This document shows positions 23,005 to 33,930 of a stretch of 43,135 nucleotides of DNA, piece after piece (the stretch's first letter is position 1; every line of letters begins with the position of its first letter). Source of the DNA: Craspedostauros australis (taxonomy: Eukaryota); contig JALAGF010003162.1 of NCBI GenBank assembly GCA_030167865.1, positions 1 to 43,135 on the forward strand, written 5' to 3'. The notes beneath the pieces are model-generated. The model was not told the origin of the DNA. It saw nothing but the letters and a program-made list of their open reading frames with translations, and ran no database searches. A program made the position numbers and the translations under genes.

Positions 23005-24937
23005 TCTCTTGTCGTTTTATGGATTCGGGTGAGCGCTTCAATGAAATCGAGATGAGGACCCTTGGCTGAAGTTTTGTTTTGTGTCTGCTGCTGGTGCCCT
23101 TCCCCTTTTTCTTGTGATTTCTTTGATCCTGCGACATCACTTCGCTTCTGTCTGTCACGTCTGTCCTTGATCACGATGTGGCGACAAACTGCGAAAGCAA
23201 AAAGATCATGATGTCTCGAACAACGGCAATGCGGCAAACCAGGAGCCGCAAAATGGCGGTACACCTCGAAGCGAAGAACGCTGTCTGCATGCACTCTACG
23301 TAGATCAGCCTCGGAACTGTGAATGGATCCTGCTTTGACTTAGATGATCGCTGCCGCGTGGGAGAAGGTCGGCGAACTGTGTGTCCAACTGTTCTGGTTC
23401 GGAGGTCGATTGAACGTCAAAGGATGAGGTTGACGTACAACCATGAGCGAAGAGATTGTTGTTGGGGACGTGGGAGAATCCTTCCCGTGTCTCTCGCAGA
23501 GGACTGGCACGCTCGCAGAGCACACACGAAGAGGTTGCTGTTCCATCGATCGGCGAGGAGTGCGCCGTCATCGAGGTGAGCAGTCGATGCACAGTATTGA
23601 TCCTCTCTCCCATACCTATTTTACGTGCGCGTAGGAAGAGATCAACAGATAGATTTGCTGTTGTTTGCCGTTGTTTGCCGTTGTTTCGGCGTCTTCTCCT
23701 CCCTCTCGCTCTCTCTCCCCCTCTCTGGAGAGAGACCTGCGACTGGAATCGTATTGCGGTTTTTGGTGTTCTCTATGGTAGAGTATAAGTATTAGAGTGG
23801 AGCGGGTCAGGCTACTCTGTAAACAGACTCTACACTATGTCGATGTTCGTCGTTGGCTTCGGGTGACAGACTTTCCAGAGGCGAAGATGCCCTGCTGAAC
23901 GTTTGCCGTGTTGAGGTTATGTATGGTGGTCGCTGTCCTTCCCAGACCTCTAACAAATGATGGCGCCAGCGAAAGGCCTCGATTCGTAAATCGGAGGACC
24001 TCGCAGTATCGGCATGTGTGCGAGTACTCGCATTAGTATGATGAATGGCGAGACCGCAAGAGCGAGTGGCAGACAGCAAGGGAGCCTTTGCACCTCGTAC
24101 CCAGACGAGTAACTCGTACCTTCCTGTCGCGACAGAAAAGTATGTCAGCTTTGGGGATTCTTGTTGTCAGAATCCTACGCCTCTCCTGATCGGCTGGGGC
24201 TTCATTCTGCACACGCTGAAGAAGTGGCAGTCACATAGGTTCTTCCATGCGGCAAAGGAGAAGACGGTGATCGTCGAAAGTGGTGGTATCTCGTCACTCC
24301 GGGTGTGCTCTCAACGTGTGCTGTAGCAGACAGCATGAGCGTGTATGATGACTTGCGTCTTGCGTTGGTATTGATTTGGTTTACTCTACGTTGATGCACC
24401 TCCGATGGCAACAGCGTTCGCGCGTCCGGCCCACTCAAAGGAATGCCCATGTTGTCGCGCCATGCCACACACGAACACACCATGTTCCAGTGCCGTGCTC
24501 GTGGTCAAAGTCGGAGCAAAAGCACGATGTGTACGCTCCTGATAACAGATTGTACCATATCGTCGAGTAGAATAGAGTATGTTCGACGTGTTGGGTTGCG
24601 ACCTAGAACAATTTGGCTTGCAATACCATGACGTTGGCAATCCGATCCAACCTTCCCAAGACTTCGGAAATGAATTGGGCCAAGGCCACCGGTTTGAGGG
24701 GAGGCGTGATGCCAATTCATCATCCATCGGGAGAAATTCTTCGGCGTGTTCCGTCAAACACAATGGTGTGTGCAGTCTTCAGTAACATATTCGTACTCAG
24801 AGTGTGCACTCCACTCACTCTGAAATCACGGTCGTAGGAGCTTGGGGCCACTGTGGTGGAGTCGAACCGGGGTCTCGTCCATCGAGATGGAAGAACTTCC
24901 GAACAAAGCCACCGAGCTTGGCGAGTGACAGCCACGG

Positions 24938-26140
24938 TCACAGCCGTTCATCGAAGAACTTGCGACACGTTTCAAAGCAGGTCATCATCACTGTTGTTGC
25001 TGGGGCAACGTGGAGCACTCGGGCACCGGCACCACGAAAGAGACCCTTCATGCCATACTCGGCGTGAGTCTTCCACAGGCAGTCTATGAAGCCTCGGTAC
25101 TGGTACGCTGATTTGCTGTGAAGTGCGGCACCAGTCGAAGCAGTGTCGCGTGATGATTGCGGCTGCGCGCGCTGGACTTGCAGACGCAGTTTGGCCATGT
25201 CGAGCGGTGAAGTCAGCCAGGATGCGGCTGCTCCTGAAAAGGTGCTGGAAAGAAGGATGGAGGCGAACGGCAGATCTTTTTGCGACGCGAGTTGGGAATG
25301 CTGGCGGAACGACTCCTTGGCATGCTCGTAGAATACAAAGTGCAGCGCAGCGAACGGGCCGAAGCTTGCCAGAGTCGCACCGTATCCTTTGTATAAACCG
25401 CCAAGGCCTTCGGTCTTCATGATCTTCTGCAAGGCATCCCATCCACCCTCGTACTTGTATAGGTGCTCGGATTGAGCGACTCGCGGCATGGGAGATGCCT
25501 GCGCCGATGATGCATTCTTCGGCAAGCCCGACCGGTTCACGGTGGGCTCTCGATTCGCTGTTGCTTCCTCTCGATACGTTTGGAAGTTGTGGCGAGGATG
25601 CTTCTGCTGCACCTGCAATCGTTCTTTGATCACATCCACCGGCACGTAGATGATGCAAGCTATCGTTTCGGCGAGCAAGCCGGAGCAAAAGTGGACGAGG
25701 AAGTTCGGCGTATCTGGATCAGCCGCACTCGCCGCGGTCCGTCGCTGCTTCCATTCCAAGGCCATGCGTTCCTTGATGAGATCATAGCTACAGAGGTAGA
25801 TCATCGTGCCGGGCGTGCCGCCGACAATGACCGCCCCGAATCCACGGTAGAACCCAGCGATGCCCTCTGCCCGCATGGTTTGCGTCATCGCATCAACGGG
25901 TCCCTTGAAGGTGGCACCGCCCGCATTCTGCGGGGATTGCAATCGCGCCTTGATGGTATCGAGCGGGTGGGTGCAGATCCTGCTCACGATCCCCGCCGCC
26001 GATGAGCCCAGCACGTTGGAAATCAATGATGGTGGTGCTTCCGGCGGCGTCGTTGTCTGCCTTCTGCCCTTGTACTCGGGCTCAGTTGCGGCGGCGGCAT
26101 CAACGCCGTGTTCTCCGCTGCCTCGCGGTTTCTGCGCCAT
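24938..26140 (-). CDS. Mitochondrial carrier (SLC25 family), ~400 aa, substrate unassigned
   Basis: Three Px[DE]xx[KR]x[RK] signatures (PLDTIKARLQ, PVDVIKERLQ, PLDMAKLRLQ), each followed by a [ED]G/YGxxG[LF][YF][RK]G motif (EGIAGFYRG, EGLGGLYKG, YGMKGLFRG). First ATG at 26140. Confidence 0.93.
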   Translation of the reverse strand: MAQKPRGSGEHGVDAAAATEPEYKGRRQTTTPPEAPPSLISNVLGSSAAGIVSRICTHPLDTIKARLQSPQNAGGATFKGPVDAMTQTMRAEGIAGFYRGFGAVIVGGTPGTMIYLCSYDLIKERMALEWKQRRTAASAADPDTPNFLVHFCSGLLAETIACIIYVPVDVIKERLQVQQKHPRHNFQTYREEATANREPTVNRSGLPKNASSAQASPMPRVAQSEHLYKYEGGWDALQKIMKTEGLGGLYKGYGATLASFGPFAALHFVFYEHAKESFRQHSQLASQKDLPFASILLSSTFSGAAASWLTSPLDMAKLRLQVQRAQPQSSRDTASTGAALHSKSAYQYRGFIDCLWKTHAEYGMKGLFRGAGARVLHVAPATTVMMTCFETCRKFFDERL

Positions 26141-26918
26141 GGTTGCTTCACCTTGCTGCAACTTGCTGTACCAGTAGTGCTCGTAGTCGTAGTGAGGTTC
26201 GGTTGATCAGAATCGAGAGTGCTTGGCTGGTCCGACGCCTCTCCTCAACGAGTGCTCCTATACTTGCCTTTGTCGGGGGTACTCAACCCGTTTGCTCTTT
26301 GATTTTGTCTCAGCTGTCGGGTATGGTATCTTCTTGTTCCCATTGATCATCGGTGTCGACATCACTTCGCGGGGAGGTTGCCTGGTGACAAGCCAGCGAT
26401 TCTGACAACAACTTTCCTGATCGTAGGGCGTGTTCGCTGGGGCTCGTTGGTGGACGCGATGCCGCGTTTGCGCGCGTTCTCTGTTGTCGGCAAACACATG
26501 GAGGGATTGGATAGCTGTTTTCATTCACGCATGACGTACCATGACGTCATGTTCAGAACAACAACAAGGAACATGCCATCACTGGAATCAGTCTTGGATG
26601 AGATCCCATTCACGAAGAACAAATGACAATGGCAACTCCGATGCGTGTTCATTCCTCTCATGAACATCAACAACAACAAGATCTGTGGACAAATGCACTC
26701 TCCTGCCAATGCGGAAACCACAATAATACACGTACCAATACGAGCGTGAGTACTCATGCGTACCATGGTCGGACGTACGCATCACACCTTTTCGTTGCCA
26801 TAACTCGTTGCGCACCCGTCGGCACTGCGGTGTACGAGCCACTTGTCATCGTCAGAGGGAGATGCGACCGTTGATTTCCATCGAATAGCCAAGCCCCGGA
26901 CACCTCCATCCCACTTCC

Positions 26919-28478
26919 ATGCAGCCTTCAAGCTTTCCTGCTTCTGCGTCCTCGCCATCGCCATCACCGGTGCAATCATCGTCTTTTGGAGCTGAATCAA
27001 AATCGTACGCTTCACACGCATCGTCGCGACGAAGCGTGCAAGCACATCTTCCGCCATCGGCGAACCTTTCCGAAGAGCTCGGAGCGAAGAAGGATGGGAG
27101 TGCTGTGGTGAAGCCGGGAAGGAGGCAGCGATGGCCTTGGAGGCGACGTCTGCTGCCGACATGCATGGGGAAAGGCGCAGCAGCAACGGCTCTCATTCTA
27201 CTGTTTGCCACCATTATTTCCATCTCCCTACGTTCCATCGAAGAGGGCGAACAGACGATCAACGCGCAAGCAACGAGCAAACCGCAAAGCAAGATCCAAC
27301 AGTCAGCTTCCACGATCCCAACGAATGCAACTGCGAACGCAACAATAAGTACGCGACCGCCGATTGTAATCGCAGATTCCAAAACTGGCGTTGGTCTCCC
27401 CAATGCTGGTGCAAGTCAACCCACGGCAGCATTGCCCGAGAGCAATGCTGTGGCACCAGCCGATCTTTCAAGCTTTCGAGTTTGCCGAGTTCCCACAAAG
27501 GACAAGAGAGACTACATCTGCGAAGGTTCTGAGTACGATGCATTCGGACGACGAATGGATGAGTACTTGCGGAACGCGCAAAATGGCAAGGGCAACGATC
27601 TTGTGGCCACACCGTACCCGCCAATCACGCAGCAATGGGGCAGGAGACAGCACGCCTTCCCCGACAATGCGATCATCCTCATGTTGGGCAATTCGCATAC
27701 GCGGCAGATGGTGGCTGAATTGCTGTGCCAGTACCAGGATGATATCGTGCGAGAAGAGAGCATGGTGCAATACAAGCATCGTGTTTACGGTGTCATTGGC
27801 AGATCCAGTACCGGCACCACAGAAGATGGGAACGATGGGGCCAGTCCTTCATCTCCCAATGCCACATGGTACCATGCATTCGACACCGATCGCATGGGCA
27901 ACTACCATCGCGCGACGTTCTCCAACAACGCCACCTTCTTGGCCATCACGAACAGCTTCTTGGTGCATCTGGAAAATTGCTGCGCAGGCCCCGACAACCC
28001 GTTGGAGTACATTCTAGACGTGCCATTGTCCGACTTGTCTGCCATGCTGGTGGGGAAGTTCAACAATATCGACAATTCCAAGAAGACCAATTTTCAAAAG
28101 ACCTTGGAAGAGGTATGGCACATCGATTTGGCCAACTCGCCACCGATCCAGATGGAGCGATTGGCGCAAATCTACCACGGACCACTGATCGCGTTCAGCA
28201 TGTTCGCGCAGTACGCCAACACCTTTGGCAACCAGACGCAACACGCCATTGAGAGGATGGCGCAGTCGCGGTCGAATGCGCGGTTCGTGAACGTCCGACG
28301 GCACATCGCTGCGTTGGGGGAATGTTCATCGACGGCCAAGAGGTTGACGGTGGGAATATGCGATGACTCCAACCCGAACGGGCACCGTTGTTCAGGTGCG
28401 CATGGCGGGCATCCTACGCTGGGGGCCTGGGATGCGATGGAGGCAGTCCATGACATTCTTGGGCAATCGTCAACATGA
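26919..28478 (+). CDS. Type II membrane protein with SGNH/PC-esterase-like luminal domain (paralog 1), 519 aa
   Basis: Hydrophobic anchor AAATALILLFATIISISL after basic residues, then an S/T/P/A-rich stem. ILMLGNSHTRQM resembles the GDS block of PC-esterase/TBL proteins. C-terminal GHRC..GGHP. Strong similarity to 29201-30595. Confidence 0.8.
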   Translation: MQPSSFPASASSPSPSPVQSSSFGAESKSYASHASSRRSVQAHLPPSANLSEELGAKKDGSAVVKPGRRQRWPWRRRLLPTCMGKGAAATALILLFATIISISLRSIEEGEQTINAQATSKPQSKIQQSASTIPTNATANATISTRPPIVIADSKTGVGLPNAGASQPTAALPESNAVAPADLSSFRVCRVPTKDKRDYICEGSEYDAFGRRMDEYLRNAQNGKGNDLVATPYPPITQQWGRRQHAFPDNAIILMLGNSHTRQMVAELLCQYQDDIVREESMVQYKHRVYGVIGRSSTGTTEDGNDGASPSSPNATWYHAFDTDRMGNYHRATFSNNATFLAITNSFLVHLENCCAGPDNPLEYILDVPLSDLSAMLVGKFNNIDNSKKTNFQKTLEEVWHIDLANSPPIQMERLAQIYHGPLIAFSMFAQYANTFGNQTQHAIERMAQSRSNARFVNVRRHIAALGECSSTAKRLTVGICDDSNPNGHRCSGAHGGHPTLGAWDAMEAVHDILGQSST

Positions 28479-29200
28479 GACTCTGGAGAGTTCTGGAGCG
28501 CTTGTCCATGAACCTTAATGTAAAAGATTGAAGCATTGTGGACTGATCGTACTCGTGTGGTGGGATAGACAACAATGCTGAACAACAAGTGCCGGTGATG
28601 CTGCCCACGAATACTCTCTACTCAACTCTGCTCTACTCCGGTCTCTGGAGAGAGCATCCCATTTCGAGTCTTGCGCTGTGTGTCCTGCTGACTGCCCTAT
28701 TTTCTTCGTTAGACTTCGTCCTTCTGTGATCGAAGTTGTCAATCGGATGCTTTGTCTCGTTTCGTTTCGTAACATGCAGTGAGTCCCAGCCAAGAGAATC
28801 AGGGTTCCAGCGGTACGACGCTGCAACCATTCGAACAAACCTGCTACGGACGTCGTGGCAATACTACTACTCGCACGTGTACCATACGACCCATTCTATA
28901 ATAGTCATACACCACATTCCAACACAAGGAATCCTCCTGCATGCCCACGACCTCTCCATGGATCCATGATACCGAGCAGAACAGAGCCGAGGCACAGAGA
29001 ACAGTAGTAGTTGTCGCACTATATGTACATGGCTCCACGGTGTTCTGCTCCTGGGACAATCTCGACGCCGTCATTGGCACTGCACCGGCAATCCGCGGGA
29101 ACGACGGTGGTGACATGCCATCGGCAGCGCGACCGCTGACTTTGGAGAAGGAGAGGGGTGCGGCTTTCGTGAATAGAGTACTTGGCATTCCGATGCAAAT

Positions 29201-30595
29201 ATGAGTAGTGCGAATGGCCTGCACACACAGCCTTTGCCATCATCTGGATCTCGGGTGTCCTATTTCTGGAAGGTCATCGTGGTGTTGGGTGTCTTCGTCG
29301 GTTTCACGCTGATGTATTCGGACAACGTCTACAGTATTCGAGTGGACGGCGTGGCGACAACAAGCGCAGGATCCCACAGCACGGTAGATGCGGAGGCATT
29401 GGCGCCAACCTCTGTACCGGCACCAGCATCGGAGCCCCAGCTGGAGGTACACGATCCTTCGCATGACCAAACTGGTGCATCCGCAATTGCAGGCCAATAT
29501 GAAGCCCCGCCTCGGAATGCAAGCACAGGCTCAATCGTAGGCGTGGATGTGGATGTGACGACAGAACGAACGGCGCTGCCAACATTGGCAGCACCACCAA
29601 CACCTCAATCAATCTCTGCTGCAAGAATAGAGCAGACGGGCATCTCCGAATTCCGCGTCTGTCGGAATCCGATGGAGGACAAAGCCGACTACATTTGCGA
29701 GGGCGACGAGTACGTGGAATTCGGGCAGAAGCTACAGGATTACATACAGTGCATCAAAACAGAACCAACAACGATCCATCCAGCATCGCCGTATCCTTCC
29801 GTGTCGGACAAGCTCAGCTACGGGCGACGAGACTTCCCATTCCCACCCAACGCAAACATCCTCATGTTGGGGAATTCGCACACACGGCAGATGGCCAACG
29901 AGCTGGCGTGCCAGTACCAGGACCGCATTGTAGCGGAGGAGAATTTGATGAACACGCTGAGGCGCAACAAGGCACTTAAATCGCACGAGTACTACGAAGA
30001 CCTGGTCAAGGACCATCTTGGCAACTACCAGCGGATTGAATTCGAGAACAATTCGACCTTCACGCACGTCACGAACACATTCCTAATCCATCTCCCCCCA
30101 ACCGATGGCATTCCCAAACTCCTCTTCGTGCTTCGAATGCAGTCGCTCGACGACTATTCAGCTTTGCTGATCGGTCGATTCAACCACGTCACCAACTCCC
30201 GCCAATCGACCTACCTGCAGGTCATGAAGGATAATTGGAACATCGACATGACCCAGTCGCCTCCGATGCAGTATCCGCAGCTGTCCGAATACTACCACGG
30301 CCCTGCGGTCGCTTACAGCATGTTCGCAGCATCTGCCGACGAGTTTGCGAAAGAAACGCGGGAGTACGTGGAACGGTTCGACGATCGTCTCGATTTGAAG
30401 TTTGTGGACGTCCGCCGTCACATACCTGCGCTCGGTGAATGCTCATCCACGAAGCGGCGCAAAGAAATCGGACGATGCGACAATCAGAACGCGAATAGCC
30501 ACAAATGCACGGGCATTTACGGTGGGCATCCCACGTTGGTTGCGTGGGATTTGGTGGAGGCAACGAGAGAGGTTCTGCGGCCGCATACGCTGTGA
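29201..30595 (+). CDS. Type II membrane protein with SGNH/PC-esterase-like luminal domain (paralog 2), 464 aa
   Basis: TM segment VIVVLGVFVGFTLMY and a stem region. Shares FRVCR, DYICEG, ILMLGNSHTRQM, CQYQD, YHGP, SMFA, VRRHI.ALGECSS and GGHPTL.AWD with the upstream paralog. Confidence 0.8.
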   Translation: MSSANGLHTQPLPSSGSRVSYFWKVIVVLGVFVGFTLMYSDNVYSIRVDGVATTSAGSHSTVDAEALAPTSVPAPASEPQLEVHDPSHDQTGASAIAGQYEAPPRNASTGSIVGVDVDVTTERTALPTLAAPPTPQSISAARIEQTGISEFRVCRNPMEDKADYICEGDEYVEFGQKLQDYIQCIKTEPTTIHPASPYPSVSDKLSYGRRDFPFPPNANILMLGNSHTRQMANELACQYQDRIVAEENLMNTLRRNKALKSHEYYEDLVKDHLGNYQRIEFENNSTFTHVTNTFLIHLPPTDGIPKLLFVLRMQSLDDYSALLIGRFNHVTNSRQSTYLQVMKDNWNIDMTQSPPMQYPQLSEYYHGPAVAYSMFAASADEFAKETREYVERFDDRLDLKFVDVRRHIPALGECSSTKRRKEIGRCDNQNANSHKCTGIYGGHPTLVAWDLVEATREVLRPHTL

Positions 30596-31256
30596 GCGCA
30601 CTTCTCGCTGTCGGCGTCGCGGCTGCTGCGTCGATTCATGCGAAGATATGTACTATAAAGGGGCAGGGTACCATACTCTAAGTTCTGTTGCGTCATGGCT
30701 CTCTATAAAACGGGGAGCATTCAAGCTGCGCTGATAAGTGAAGAGATGGTGATGTGCATACTCTCTAGCTGATTGTTACTAATTGATTGATTGATGGTTG
30801 TTGTTGTTGCTTGCCGTAGATGTTCGTGGTTTGTTTTGTCGGCATGGCCTGGGATGGCATCATGCTATCATGCCATATCATGCTATACCATGCCATGCGA
30901 GCTAAATACTCGCACATGCGCTGCGCTTTTGTTGATAGTCTACGAGGAACTTGTTCTCTCACTTTGGCGAGAGTTCTCGTATCGCTGAACAGCAACAAGG
31001 CAGAATCCGGTTTGTCACTGGTTCGCGACAACTTCAGGATGGCGACTGTGGCGGTGTCGACCATAACAACACAAACATCAGCAGCATCAGCAACAACAAC
31101 AACAATCGCATCCACATTTGCGGAAGATCATCTGTTGTGAAACCACTCAGCTCACTTCGATTGGAACCACAAAGAGACGAAGAATAAGGGACAAACAGCT
31201 ATTATACAATACCCGACTACTATAATATATATATATATATCTGACTGCCCTCTGCG

Positions 31257-33248
31257 ATGAGCTTCAAGCCGTGGCAAATTGAAGATTTCTTCTCTACGAA
31301 TGCAGATGGATGGGGACAGGATGGACTCCAGCAGTTCCTTGGCAATCCGAATCCCTTGCCTCTGGGCCTTGGGATCGGCATGGGCGTCGGTCCGGAACAC
31401 ACGAAGAAGGCTGGCAAATCCAAAGCTGGCGTTGGCTACGACGGAGACACGCGCGATGCGTCGAATGTTCTGCAGGCGCAGAAACAAGCCGAGCGACAGT
31501 CGAAGAAGGAAAGGGCCGGCCAAGTGAAGATCGTGAACTCGTTTGTCAGCGATGGGTTGCTCAGTTCAAGCACCAACCCACCAGGCGACGAAGTGCTCAA
31601 GACTCTGTGCGTGATTTTGCGAGAAGCAGTTCCATCGGAATGGGCCAGCATGCGTGATCTGCTTTGCGACTCGCTGCGCGCATGTGAAGCCATTGCCATG
31701 CATCATCCGGCAGCGCTGGGGAAGTTGGAGGGGGATGATGGCGACGATGAAGGGCTGATCCATGCAATTGACGCCTTCGGTCAGCAGGCCAAGGTCTTTG
31801 GATCGTCATCTATCCCCCAGTCTGTCAACTCGGCTGCCGCTGCCACTGCCACTGCCCCTTATGTCACTACTACTACTGCTGCTGCTGCTTCCATCAATGC
31901 CCTTCGTTACATCACAGGCGAATCGCATATCCCAGAAACGGCGATGGCAAATGCAAATGCAAATACAGATGCAGATCTGGATCTCTCAGAAGAGATGAAG
32001 ATCGTCGCATATGCCCTAAAAGTTCATGAGCTGGCGCTGAGCTGCAGCAAGGCCCATTTCGGAACGGATGAGGTTGGTGTCATGGATCACCAGCGGAACT
32101 ACCGCCAGGCTCTGCGGCCCGTCTGCTTCAAGATGGTGCCAGCCCTGCAACACTTCCGTATCCCGCATAGACGTGCGTATGCTCCCACCAACATCCAGAA
32201 CATCTTCAAGGAGCTCTCAGCTTACGCGAATTCTCTGCCGGTCGAGTATGGCTCATCCATCTTCCTACGGATCCAAGAGGATAAGATGGACCGCATCCGC
32301 GCCATGATCATCGGCCCTGACGACACGCCCTACGCGAATGGGTGCTTCGTGTTCGACATCCTTTTGCACAACTACCCCATGTCAGCGCCCAAGGTTCACT
32401 TCGTGACCACCGGCGGCGGGAGGTACCGATTCAATCCCAACCTTTACAATTGCGGCAAGGTCTGCCTGTCGTTGCTGGGAACATGGAGCGGCCCTGGGTG
32501 GATCCCAGGATCTTCCACTCTCCTGCAGGTCCTCATCTCTATTCAGTCGCTCATCCTGGTTCCTGATCCGTATTTCAACGAGCCGGCATACGATAGATTG
32601 CGTTCCACCGCCACTGGCAACGCATCGTCGAAGGCGTACAACAAGAAAATTGAGAGGCAAACGTTGGAATGCGCCATCCTGCCATTCCTCTCATCTTCGA
32701 CGAACCCGTACCCCGAATTTCAAGACGCAGTCAGCAAGCATTTTCATTATAAGCGGCATGCTGTGACGAAGCAGCTATCTGGCTGGTATGACAGAAATCG
32801 GGGACTGCAAACGATGTACACATCCGCGTTGGCGCTGCTGGAACCACCAGCAAAGAAGCGAGCGCCCGCGAAGACACCTGCTGCTGAATATCCGTTAGAA
32901 ATAGAAGCAGCAGCAGCAAGCGTACCCACACGAGTTGACCAGAACGGGCACATTGAAATTCTGGACGATGACAGCGGTGATGAAGACGAGAATAAAGGGA
33001 AAGGCAGAAGTGGGAGTGACAACAGGAGCCAAAGCTTGCATGCGGCGCCTCACACGACAGCACTCTCACATGCGTCTCGCCGATCCGCCAAGAGAAGGAA
33101 GCGAGGAGCACCGCAGCAACAGGCCGGCCCGTCTGTGTTCGTTTTGGACAACGCAGATGAAGGTGCGGGGCCATCGGAGGTCACTCAAAGCGGAAGTTCG
33201 CAAGGCGCAAGTTTAAGCGCAAATGATGATGTTGTGGATCTGACTTGA
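31257..33248 (+). CDS. BIRC6/UBE2Z-class ubiquitin-conjugating enzyme (E2) with N- and C-terminal extensions, 663 aa
   Basis: SSIFLRIQEDKMDRIRAMIIGPDDTPYANGCFVFDI..RFNPNLYNCGKVCLSLLGTWSG..STLLQVLISIQSLILVPDPYFNEP. Catalytic Cys codon at 32463-32465. An in-frame stop lies 15 nt upstream of the ATG; an extra upstream exon cannot be excluded. Confidence 0.9.
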   Translation: MSFKPWQIEDFFSTNADGWGQDGLQQFLGNPNPLPLGLGIGMGVGPEHTKKAGKSKAGVGYDGDTRDASNVLQAQKQAERQSKKERAGQVKIVNSFVSDGLLSSSTNPPGDEVLKTLCVILREAVPSEWASMRDLLCDSLRACEAIAMHHPAALGKLEGDDGDDEGLIHAIDAFGQQAKVFGSSSIPQSVNSAAAATATAPYVTTTTAAAASINALRYITGESHIPETAMANANANTDADLDLSEEMKIVAYALKVHELALSCSKAHFGTDEVGVMDHQRNYRQALRPVCFKMVPALQHFRIPHRRAYAPTNIQNIFKELSAYANSLPVEYGSSIFLRIQEDKMDRIRAMIIGPDDTPYANGCFVFDILLHNYPMSAPKVHFVTTGGGRYRFNPNLYNCGKVCLSLLGTWSGPGWIPGSSTLLQVLISIQSLILVPDPYFNEPAYDRLRSTATGNASSKAYNKKIERQTLECAILPFLSSSTNPYPEFQDAVSKHFHYKRHAVTKQLSGWYDRNRGLQTMYTSALALLEPPAKKRAPAKTPAAEYPLEIEAAAASVPTRVDQNGHIEILDDDSGDEDENKGKGRSGSDNRSQSLHAAPHTTALSHASRRSAKRRKRGAPQQQAGPSVFVLDNADEGAGPSEVTQSGSSQGASLSANDDVVDLT

Positions 33249-33930
33249 TGGCAGAAACATCTGAGATTGCACAAGAGATGGCTGTTGGATCGCGCCTTCC
33301 TTTGGATCGCTAGTGGCTTTGTCCATGAAGAGACGCAAGGAACAACCAGAGACGGCTCCTGCCAAGCACCCAACGACAGACGATACACGATGAATATAGC
33401 AGATCTATAAACAACCTGCATGCATACACCAAACTCGCACCTTCCGTATGTAGACTGAAGCACGAGTTGCACTTTACTCGACATGGTGGAGGCGAAGAGA
33501 GCGGTCCTCTGCACATCTGCTGGTGAGGAATCGAACTTCTCTACCCTCTTGATCCAGTCTAACATAATAAGTACTGCTGTAATCGTATCTGTTTCGCAGA
33601 CATATAAATATACTATAACTGAAGTACTGTCATTGGTTACCAGAATGGACAGAAAACCGTTCGGCAAAGGCGAATCGCTGAATCTTCTTTGGTGGCAGTC
33701 GTCGCCTGTTGAGGGAACAGCAACGCACGTGAAAGATCTGGTCTTTGTTGCGTTGCCTCTCACCAAGATCTCTTCAGATCTGGAGGCAGAAGGAGACCCA
33801 AGACAAACCGCAGCCGAAGCCCGCATGCCAACACAAACGCAACCGCAATAACAGCAATAACAGCAATCACCACCACAACATCCACCAAAAGACATACTCC
33901 AGTCGAAGCAGAAGTCGAAGTAGAAGCACC

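Noticed and set aside
12545..33248. Idea of a programmed-cell-death cluster (metacaspase + BIRC6-like E2) or an Fe-S cluster (NFS1 + carrier)
   Set aside because: The genes are 16-18 kb apart with unrelated genes between them. The E2 has no BIR domain, and eukaryotic neighbourhood alone is not evidence of a pathway.
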